Shown here: piece after piece, positions 52,280 to 60,748 of the stretch
How positions within the stretch are numbered: position 1 is the stretch's first letter
Layout: every line of letters starts with the position of its first letter
Assembly (NCBI GenBank): GCA_016840085.1
Contig: JAEOTA010000004.1
Span: 160,001 to 224,000, forward strand
Direction: 5' to 3'
DNA from: Promethearchaeota archaeon
GTDB lineage: Archaea > Asgardarchaeota > Lokiarchaeia > Sigyniarchaeales > SOKP01
Length of the DNA: 64,000 bases
The notes under the pieces: generated by a model
Database searches by the model: none
The model's input: the letters and a program-made list of their open reading frames with translations, nothing else
Told to the model about the DNA's origin: nothing
Program-made: the position numbers and the translations under genes

Positions 52280-53074
52280 TTATCTTCCTTTAAATTTAGG
52301 ATCTCGTTTTTTAATAAAAGATTTCATTCCCTCTCCAAAGTCATAAGTCCTAATGTTTTTCAAGTATAACATAAATTCATACTGTAAGGAGGGAAATAAC
52401 TCATTAAATTGTGAATAGTTTAACATAGCTTTATTATATCCAAGACATTTTGTTGGCAATTCTGCTACTTTTTGAATGAATTCTAAGGCTTTTTTTTTAA
52501 ATTCTGAAGTAGGATAAATCTTATTTATCAATCCTATCTTTAAAGCCTCCTTTGCATCAAGATGTCTCCCAGTTAAAATTATCTCTGTAGCACGACTAAA
52601 TCCTACTATTCGTGGAAGAAACCAACTCATACCACTCATAACACATTGAGCTATAGAAGCCCGATGATCTCCAATTTTCAAATCATCTGCTGCTAATCGA
52701 AAATCACAGGCAAGTGCCAATTCAAAACCTGCTCCTAAGCAATATCCGTGTAGTAATGCTATGACAGGTTTTTGAATTTCTCGTATTAAACGTACAACTT
52801 TATGATGTGGTAATCTTGACCCATCCTCTAATGGAGCAAATCGTGCACCTTCTGGTCCCAAGTTTATCAGATCATCTCCAGAGCAGAAACTTCTTCCTGC
52901 CCCTTTAATAACAAGGACTCGGACTAGCTTTTTTTTCTTCACATACTCTAACACATCTACAACTTCCATTAATAAAGGATATTGTAAAGCATTGAGTTTA
53001 TCAGGACGATTTAAAGTAATAGTGGCAATACCATTCTCGAAATTGTATATAATGCATTTATAATTTTTACTAAT
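52280..53074 (-). CDS. enoyl-CoA hydratase/isomerase family protein
   Basis: FCSGDD, KPVIA, GAGFELALACD; frame extends 35 codons upstream of ATG 52969 through IATITLNRPDKLNAL to ATT/ATA. Confidence 0.92.
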   Translation of the reverse strand: MSKNYKCIIYNFENGIATITLNRPDKLNALQYPLLMEVVDVLEYVKKKKLVRVLVIKGAGRSFCSGDDLINLGPEGARFAPLEDGSRLPHHKVVRLIREIQKPVIALLHGYCLGAGFELALACDFRLAADDLKIGDHRASIAQCVMSGMSWFLPRIVGFSRATEIILTGRHLDAKEALKIGLINKIYPTSEFKKKALEFIQKVAELPTKCLGYNKAMLNYSQFNELFPSLQYEFMLYLKNIRTYDFGEGMKSFIKKRDPKFKGR

Positions 53075-53223
53075 TATGATAATCCTCTCTTGATTAGATG
53101 AATTAAATTATCAAATAATAATAGATTATTTTAATATAGTAGTATGTAGTATAAATTTCTTTAATTTATCTTGAAATACTCTTAAATGTGCACTAATAGA
53201 AAAAAAAAGAAATTAAAAAAAAA

Positions 53224-53856
53224 TTACCAAATCTCAAATTTTTGGTCTATTTTTGTTCCAAATACGATAAAATATGGAATCACTAAATCCCATACACTTG
53301 TCAACGCATTAAGTAAAATTACTATAAATATCCAATATTCTAATCCTGTTGAGCCGTAAAAAGCCAAATAAACGATAATGTTTAAAATAACCATCACGAT
53401 TATTCTGAATGCAACACCTTGTAATCCATAAATTATGTAAGTCTTCGGATCTTTTAATTTTTGACTCAATCTTCCCCCTCCTCGTTTCTTATACCAGTAT
53501 AACATCAATATTGGAACAATTATTAATGAAAAGGTAGCAGAAAACTTCATAAGAGGACCAATAGGTGTAAAGGGATCAAATGGAAAAAGCGTAGCCATAC
53601 CAATTATACAACATAAAATCCCTGCTAATGGACCAAATATTAGGAAACAAGTGACCCAAATAATCGAAACAGGATCGAAATAAGCAAAACCCTCGGGAGT
53701 CCTTGGCAAAAATGGAACTACAAACAATGATAATACTAAAGACAATGCCCCAAAAATAGCCGCTCCTACAATTTCTAATGTTAAACGTGCTTTTGGAGAC
53801 ATAGATACTTCTTTTTCCTCATAAATTTCTACATCAGAAGTTTTGATATCAGACAT
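53224..53856 (-). CDS. ECF transporter S component
   Basis: AIFGALS, YFDPVSI, FGPLAG, IGPLMKF; multiple TM segments. Confidence 0.75.
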   Translation of the reverse strand: MSDIKTSDVEIYEEKEVSMSPKARLTLEIVGAAIFGALSLVLSLFVVPFLPRTPEGFAYFDPVSIIWVTCFLIFGPLAGILCCIIGMATLFPFDPFTPIGPLMKFSATFSLIIVPILMLYWYKKRGGGRLSQKLKDPKTYIIYGLQGVAFRIIVMVILNIIVYLAFYGSTGLEYWIFIVILLNALTSVWDLVIPYFIVFGTKIDQKFEIW

Positions 53857-54199
53857 TTTCTATACTTTAATTTTATATTATAATTATGGGGGAAAATAAA
53901 CATTTATTTAAATCATTTATGAGGAATAAATTATTTCAAATTAAAGAATTGAAACATCTAAAAATAGTGAAAAATTTTTCTATTATTAAAATTGAAGTAT
54001 TTAATGAATAATTAATTAAGAAATCAACAATTATATCAATACAATTATCTTAGCATTTCAAATTTTTAAAAATTCAATCTACCCATTTTTGGAGATATAG
54101 AAAAGATTTAATTAGAGAAGGAATAATTTGATATATGCTATTTTTACTGAATTTCAATTCTTATAAAATTAAAAAATTTAATAATAAGGTCGAAAATCA

Positions 54200-55095
54200 A
54201 TGATTAGTAAAGAAATGGAAAATTTAATTAATTTATTAAAGCAAAATCAGGGAGATCCATCTGAACAGAGCGTAGAAGCATTACGAGAGAGTTTTGAACA
54301 AATAGGAAATATGACTATAATACCTAAAGATGCAAAATGTGAGCCTTTAGATGCCGCAGGAGTCCCTGCTGAATGGATTTCTGTCCCAGAGTCGGTAAAT
54401 GATCATGTTGTGCTATATTTTCATGGTGGTGGTTATGTTGCAGGGTCTATCAATTCCCATCGTGAAATGTGTGTCCGATTAGCTCGAGCGTCAAAAACTC
54501 GAGTTTTATTGATTGATTATCGACGGGCTCCTGAACATCCTTTTCCTGCAGCGTTAGAAGACGCAACAAAAGTATATCAATGGCTCATTTCTTCTGAGGA
54601 AATTAAGCCAAAAAATATAATAATAGCGGGAGAATCTGCTGGAGGAGGTTTAACAATAGCAACTCTTATAAAATTACGAAACGATAAAATAGACTTACCT
54701 ACAATTGGGTAATTCTTTCATCTTTCATGGATCTGGCAGTTACAGGCGATTCAGTAAAAACTAAGGCAGAGATCGACCCGCTCGTCACCCGAGAAAATCT
54801 TGAATTTTGTGCAAAAACATACTTAGGAGATGAAGATAATAAAAATCCTTTAGCATCACCTCTATATGCAGACCTTCAAGGTTTGCCTCCTCTATACATC
54901 CAAGTTGGAACATCAGAATTACTACTTGATGATTCAGTTCGCTTTGCAGATCGCGCTAAAGCTGCTGGCGTTGAGGTTACACTTGATATATGGGATGATA
55001 TGATTCATATGTTTCAAGTTTTCGCTTTTTTTGCACTAGAAGGTCAAGAAGCAATTAATAAGATTGGTGCTTTCATCCAAAAATCTCTACATTAG
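54200..55095 (+). pseudogene. alpha/beta hydrolase (HSL-type esterase) split by a -1 frameshift (or sequencing error)
   Basis: HGGGY and GESAGG in the first ORF; ASPL, ELLLDD and MIH in the second; one extra G at ATTGGG (~54708) restores GVILSSFMDL. Confidence 0.85.
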
Positions 55096-55099
55096 CTCT

Positions 55100-56461
55100 T
55101 TATTTTAATAACTTTTTTTCTTTAGCATCTAAATCTAACCAATCACTAACATTTTTGAGCTGTTTTCTTGATGTTCCACATAAAATCTTTAAGAAGGGAA
55201 GGAAATTTTGTATAAATTCAATAGGAGAGATCTCGTATTTTATTCTAATCTTCTTCATAAACTCTTTCTCATTACTACTTAAAGAAAAATAAGCTCCGGT
55301 AGTATATCTAGGAAATGCAACGTTTCGGAAACCTTTAGCTATGGGAGTTTCTTTGCGAGATAAAGCAACGCCTCCAGCAAAAAGGTCAAAAAAATAAGGT
55401 AATAACCCCCAATATTGATTAATTCGGATCCTGCCAAAAATTTCATCCGCTAATGAGAGATTTTCGTATGCCTCGGCGATCTCTCTATTAGATTTTATAA
55501 ACTTAGGGAGATTTTCATTTATCCATTTATATAAAAAATTATAATCTACATCAGATTTATCTGTTAAGTTCCGAGCTTCTCTTAACGAGGAGACTTGGAA
55601 CAAATCTCGTATTAAAGAAAAAATTTCTTCTAATCTATCTCGATGTAAACTAAGGATTAACTTTTTAGTATCTTCTTCAACTTTTCCTTGACCAATTCCT
55701 TGAAGGTCATTAATAATTCCTCGTAAATCTCCATTATTCTTTTCAATAAGTAGTTCTAAATCTTCTTCTTTAATACTTGTAATCTTTTCTTTCTTGAGAA
55801 TTTTATGTACAATTTTAGTTACTTCTTTTTTAGGTAAGGGTTTTACCTCAAATCTTCTAATTTTATTATATATTGGTTGAAGATTTGTTTTGTATTCGTT
55901 AGAACACATAATAATAGGAAATTGAGTATTTTGAATTAAATCAATAACTGTTGGAATTGCTCCTCTATCTTGCACCCCATAAATCCCATCAATCTCATCA
56001 ATCAAAATTAACTTTTCTTTAGATTGAGTTATAAAATCCATTATACCTCGAGTTTTAGTTGTTTCTTTTAATTTTCTCTCTAGTGCAGCTCTAGTTCTAG
56101 TATCAGAAGCATTAGTCTCAATCACTTCCATGTTTAGATCATTAGCAAGTGCATATACAATCGATGTTTTGCCGATTCCAGGAGGACCTTCTAATAGAAC
56201 AGCTGCTTTTTCAGGAGAAATCTTAATTTCTTCTTTTTGCTCCTTTTCGATTGCGGTCCTGTTAAAATTTCTAATTTTAGTATTTTCTTTATTTATTTGA
56301 TTTCTCTCTCTAAAGAAAGTTACAACAAAATTTTTTAATTCCTCACCCAAATTTACTCTTTGACCACTAACTCTCGCTGTAGGTAATGCCATTTCTTTTA
56401 GACTTTTTGGTCGATATTTCTCTACCCATGGGATTTTAGCAACATTACTCATTTGATTCAC
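55100..56461 (-). CDS. rfcL: replication factor C large subunit
   Basis: PWVEKYRP, GPPGIGKTS, ETNASD, LIDEIDG, GDLRGIINDLQ, WINEN, LSLAD. Confidence 0.92.
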   Translation of the reverse strand: MNQMSNVAKIPWVEKYRPKSLKEMALPTARVSGQRVNLGEELKNFVVTFFRERNQINKENTKIRNFNRTAIEKEQKEEIKISPEKAAVLLEGPPGIGKTSIVYALANDLNMEVIETNASDTRTRAALERKLKETTKTRGIMDFITQSKEKLILIDEIDGIYGVQDRGAIPTVIDLIQNTQFPIIMCSNEYKTNLQPIYNKIRRFEVKPLPKKEVTKIVHKILKKEKITSIKEEDLELLIEKNNGDLRGIINDLQGIGQGKVEEDTKKLILSLHRDRLEEIFSLIRDLFQVSSLREARNLTDKSDVDYNFLYKWINENLPKFIKSNREIAEAYENLSLADEIFGRIRINQYWGLLPYFFDLFAGGVALSRKETPIAKGFRNVAFPRYTTGAYFSLSSNEKEFMKKIRIKYEISPIEFIQNFLPFLKILCGTSRKQLKNVSDWLDLDAKEKKLLK

Positions 56462-57508
56462 CTATAAATATTCGCTAAATAAACAAATTTTAGATAGTAA
56501 ACCAGAAATTTGAATATCAGTATCTCTAGCAGCAAGTGCTCGAAAATCAGAATCTGCAATATAATTAATTAATTTAATTCTTGTGTATTTACTTAAAGGT
56601 AATTTATGTAATTCATCAAGAAGTAGCTTAAAGAGCTCATGAGAATTATATTTATAATTTGATAGAATTTTACGTGCTAATTCTCTGGTTTTTGGAAAAT
56701 CTCCTTTTAAAGCCATCATTAAAAGACTTTTTATTAAATCATTTTGAAACATCTGAGAATTTTCATACAGTTTATTCTTGTCAATAATATTCCCAGTAAT
56801 ACTACTTAATTGTAAAAGATCTATTGCTCGAGTGAATTTCCCTCCAGAAATTTTATATAAAGTCTCAATTGTTTCATCAGAAATCTGTAATGATTCCTTT
56901 TCAGCGATATCAAGGATTAAATTTTTGAAACTCTTTAATTTAACGCGTGGGATCAAAAATATCTGACATCGACTAACAATTGGATCAATTATACTTGAAA
57001 TTTTAGTCGTTATTAGAATCATCCTGCAATTAGTTCCGTATATCTCCATCAATCTTCTAAAACCCTGTTGGTTTGTTCCTAAAGCTTCAAAATTCTTTAC
57101 AATTAAAATTTTGAAAGGAGTATCTCCTAATACTTTTAATTGCACAAAAGGTTTTACCTTAACTTGAATAAATGCAGGAGTAGTTATTCTTTTTCCTGCT
57201 AAGCTTCCAATTTTACTAGTTGAGATATATGCTTCAGATCTTGCTTGTTTTCTTTCCTCATCACTCAGGGGAACATTTGCATAGACTAACTTTAAATTGG
57301 CATCAAAAGTTTTCCCAAGAAACTTTTTTGAAAATAAATATGAAATAGTTCTTTTGCCAATACCCTCAGATCCTACAAACAATAAATGTGGAAAATTTTT
57401 TAGTTTAATAGTTTGATTCAGCCTTTCTATAATTTCTTTTCTTCCACAAATTTGGTCAAGATTCTTAGGATGATATTTAATTCGCCAAATTGGAATATCT
57501 TCGCTCAA
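56462..57508 (-). CDS. divergent RFC small subunit paralog with degenerate ATPase motifs
   Basis: WRIKYHP, PHLLFVGSEGIGKRT, Walker B replaced by ILIVKNFE, RRLME, intact SRC. Confidence 0.85.
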   Translation of the reverse strand: MSEDIPIWRIKYHPKNLDQICGRKEIIERLNQTIKLKNFPHLLFVGSEGIGKRTISYLFSKKFLGKTFDANLKLVYANVPLSDEERKQARSEAYISTSKIGSLAGKRITTPAFIQVKVKPFVQLKVLGDTPFKILIVKNFEALGTNQQGFRRLMEIYGTNCRMILITTKISSIIDPIVSRCQIFLIPRVKLKSFKNLILDIAEKESLQISDETIETLYKISGGKFTRAIDLLQLSSITGNIIDKNKLYENSQMFQNDLIKSLLMMALKGDFPKTRELARKILSNYKYNSHELFKLLLDELHKLPLSKYTRIKLINYIADSDFRALAARDTDIQISGLLSKICLFSEYL

Positions 57509-57552
57509 ATTTGTATTCTCTCTATTAATATGGTTAATAAATATTATAATGA

Positions 57553-58524
57553 TTATGATTTTATATTCTCCAAAATATTTGCTAAAAGAGCTGAAACTTG
57601 GATATTCTCATCAGCACCTTGACTTATTCGGTAGTCTATCTCTCCAATATAGGATCGTATTTCTATTATCTTTTCAGGTTCAATTTTTAATTGTGGTAAT
57701 ACTTCTAATAATTGTCTTATAAAATTTCGGCTGTCAAATGATTCAATTGTGTCCACAATCTCTCTTGCTTCTATAAAATCTTTCTTTTTAAGAGCTTGTA
57801 TTAAATCATTCAAGGTTTTTTTGTCTAAAAATCCAGATATTTTTAAAATTTCATCCAAATCTAAGTTTTCTAATAATTCAAGAGATACTGACATTTGAAG
57901 AGTATTTATCCCTTTTCTTAGATCTCCTCCTGAAATAAAAAATAATAAATTAAAAAATTCTTCTGATATTTCAGGAGCAATCTTTAATTTTTCCTTTTCA
58001 GCGATGAATTTTAACCTTTCTACAATATTTTCCTTAGCTAAATTCACAAATCTAAATACAGCGCATCTTGAAATAATTGGATCTATTATTCTATTTATAT
58101 AATTACATAATAAGATAAATTTAACATTATAAGATGCTTTCTCAATAATTCTTCTAAGAGCTTGTTGAACTTGTCCAGGGATATTATCAGATTCATCTAG
58201 GATCACGAATTTTAAAGACCCATTTTTAATTAGATTTTGATTAACAAAATTTTTCAAAACATTTCTTACAAAATCTATTCGTACTGTATCAGAAGCATTT
58301 AATTCTAATAGGTTTGTGTCTAAATCTTTTGTTTCTAAGAAATTTTTTGCTATTATTAAAGCAGTACTAGTTTTTCCGGTTCCCGCGGGTCCAGTGAAAA
58401 TCATATGAGGCATATTGGGGGTTTTCAAAAACTCTCTTAGACGATTTATCGCGATACTCTGGCTCACTATTTCATCAAATGATTTTGGACGATATTTCTC
58501 AACCCAAGGAATGTCTAAACTCAT
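57553..58524 (-). CDS. rfcS: replication factor C small subunit
   Basis: PWVEKYRP, GPAGTGKTS, LELNASD, ILDESD, QQALRR, SRC, GDLRK. Confidence 0.95.
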   Translation of the reverse strand: MSLDIPWVEKYRPKSFDEIVSQSIAINRLREFLKTPNMPHMIFTGPAGTGKTSTALIIAKNFLETKDLDTNLLELNASDTVRIDFVRNVLKNFVNQNLIKNGSLKFVILDESDNIPGQVQQALRRIIEKASYNVKFILLCNYINRIIDPIISRCAVFRFVNLAKENIVERLKFIAEKEKLKIAPEISEEFFNLLFFISGGDLRKGINTLQMSVSLELLENLDLDEILKISGFLDKKTLNDLIQALKKKDFIEAREIVDTIESFDSRNFIRQLLEVLPQLKIEPEKIIEIRSYIGEIDYRISQGADENIQVSALLANILENIKS

Positions 58525-58542
58525 TTTTTTTATTATAATTAT

Positions 58543-59016
58543 TTAACTTTTGGGTTTTTCTTTTGTTAAATCTAATTCTAAAACCTCATAAACCCTTTTA
58601 AAATTCATCTTTTCATAAAGACTTGAGGCATCTACTGCTCTTTCTTTAATATTAACTTTTATCTTTTCCACTTTTATTTTTTTTAAATGTTCAAGCGCTT
58701 TTTCTAGTAAAAGATGCCCAGTACCTCTTTTCCTATATTTTTCCTTTAAGAAGAATTGTTTAATATACCCTTCAGATGATCCAAATGGGTCTATTCGTAG
58801 CTCAGCAATAATCATTCCAACCACTGTATTATCATCTTCATCAAAAGCAATGAGTATGCCATGACGTTGGAGTGGATCATAAAGTCGACGACGAATACCC
58901 CAATCAAAACGCTTTGGATCAAATTCTTGTCCAAGTCCTTCCACCAATAGCTTAGTCAAATTCTTTAAATCCTCGATCTGCTCAGGGGAGGCTATTTCTA
59001 CCTTTATATTGGTCAT
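58543..59016 (-). CDS. GNAT family N-acetyltransferase
   Basis: YRKRGTGHLLL acetyl-CoA motif, LYEKMNF. Confidence 0.88.
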   Translation of the reverse strand: MTNIKVEIASPEQIEDLKNLTKLLVEGLGQEFDPKRFDWGIRRRLYDPLQRHGILIAFDEDDNTVVGMIIAELRIDPFGSSEGYIKQFFLKEKYRKRGTGHLLLEKALEHLKKIKVEKIKVNIKERAVDASSLYEKMNFKRVYEVLELDLTKEKPKS

Positions 59017-59235
59017 ATCTAACCATTGTAAAATTATTATTTATAGAATTATTATTGATTCTTTATAATTAAAACTTTTTTGACTTATATTTAATAAAGA
59101 ACTTAAAATATGTTAATTTAATCAAAGCTGATTAACTTTTAACTTTACACAGTTCCTAAATTATTTGAATTTATGAAGTTAGAAATTTATTTATTAAAAT
59201 ATTAAAAAATAAAGCATCTATTAAAAAAACTTCTG

Positions 59236-59520
59236 TTAAAAATGACGAGCGGATGTTCCGTCCCAAGCTTTTACATCATTATTTACCCATCCACATTTAG
59301 GACATTTATCTGGAAGCTCCCAAGCCTCAAGAGCGGGATGTATGCGACAATATAAACCTCCACAATTAGCACAGACCAAATATTTTGCTCCACACCCAGA
59401 ACACATTTTAAGCTGACCTTGCTCTACAAAAAGAAATGCTCTTCTCATCCACTCATCATGAGCAAGGGAGAATTGCTCTTTTCCACAAACTATGCAATGA
59501 ACACCATCCTCCTTTGACAT
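59236..59520 (-). CDS. multi-CxxC zinc-binding protein
   Basis: CIVCG, CSGCG, CANCG, CPKCG. Confidence 0.8.
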   Translation of the reverse strand: MSKEDGVHCIVCGKEQFSLAHDEWMRRAFLFVEQGQLKMCSGCGAKYLVCANCGGLYCRIHPALEAWELPDKCPKCGWVNNDVKAWDGTSARHF

Positions 59521-59747
59521 ACCTTTACTTCAGCTCTTTCTTTTAGTTATTTTTTTAAATAGATTAGTTAAATCGTTTTTCTAATAATAGAATATTCTAA
59601 TTGAATTTTATAATTACTATTTTATAATAATAAATAAATTATGCAATTAAAAATTAAGCAATACTAATTTTTTTTTAATTATCTTATTATTAGTAACAGT
59701 TTAAAGAAGTCTAAAATTTAAAATAGAAGAAAAAAACAAAAATAATT

Positions 59748-60071
59748 TTACATTTTCAATTTTTTAGTTGCGCCATTAGCGGATACTTTTGGGTTAACTT
59801 TTTCTATTTCTCCGATTAATTGAAATGTTTTGTCATCGTTTAAAGCTTCACCAAATTTAATGAGTATTTCCTTATTACCAACAAATAATCCTTTTCTTTT
59901 TAGTGGCTTACCATCCTCTTTTAAAGGATTTATTTCTAAAAATAACAATGCAGGTCTTGTTTTTGTTGCAGGAACTTTAACAACACTAACACCTTCAACA
60001 GGAGTCTCCATTTTTTCCCAATCTTTTCCATTCTTTAAATGTTCTTTTAATTGAATTTCAATATCTGCCAT
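59748..60071 (-). CDS. hypothetical protein
   Basis: 107-aa ORF that looks coding; no recognised motif. Confidence 0.7.
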   Translation of the reverse strand: MADIEIQLKEHLKNGKDWEKMETPVEGVSVVKVPATKTRPALLFLEINPLKEDGKPLKRKGLFVGNKEILIKFGEALNDDKTFQLIGEIEKVNPKVSANGATKKLKM

Positions 60072-60136
60072 GATTATTCAATTTCCATTTGTTTTTTTTA
60101 TATGATAATTATAATCCATAATAAAAATTGTGAGTG

Positions 60137-60150
60137 TGTTACATGTAACA
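60137..60150. promoter_or_regulatory. perfect 14-bp palindrome TGTTACATGTAACA
   Basis: Between divergent genes; related half-sites GATACAT (~60156) and TGTTACAT (60216). Confidence 0.55.
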
Positions 60151-60397
60151 TATAAGATACATATAAAAATTTTTGTATAATAGTTATTTCAAATAATTCG
60201 GTAAAAGTATTGAATTGTTACATATAAACTAATATCTCCCCTTTCTTAGCTCAAATTTATAAATAAAGGATGAAAGAGCTTTCTGTCGGACTTCTAGAGG
60301 TCAATTTCGATTGAAAAATTTAAATATAACCGAGGTGATATCTAGTGTATTGATTTATAAATATCACTAATAGAAAATAAATTTGGAGTGTATATCA

Positions 60398-60619
60398 ATG
60401 AAATTGATATCTGTAAATTTACCTGAATCCTATTTAAAAGTGTTAGAAATCTTAGTATCGGAAGCAAAATTTCCAAATCGTTCAGAAGCGATTCGCGTGG
60501 CAATTAGAGACTTAATTAAAACAGAATATCTGATAGAAGAATCTATTGAAAGAAATATTTCTCCTAGTTTACTAAAATCTGAAATTTCAAATGAATTAGA
60601 CGAAAAACTTTTAACTTAA
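60398..60619 (+). CDS. ribbon-helix-helix (CopG/Arc/MetJ) regulator, CdrS-like
   Basis: MKLISVNLP...FPNRSEAIRVAIRDLI. Confidence 0.88.
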   Translation: MKLISVNLPESYLKVLEILVSEAKFPNRSEAIRVAIRDLIKTEYLIEESIERNISPSLLKSEISNELDEKLLT

Positions 60620-60748
60620 TTAATTTTTATCCTTTTTTCTTTTTCTTTTTGAACTTGATTTTATAATTAAGAACTAATCGTAGTTTAAAATAAATAAAAA
60701 GGGTGAAAATTAGACTTTTTTAGAAAAAGAATAACTATATAAATTCTA

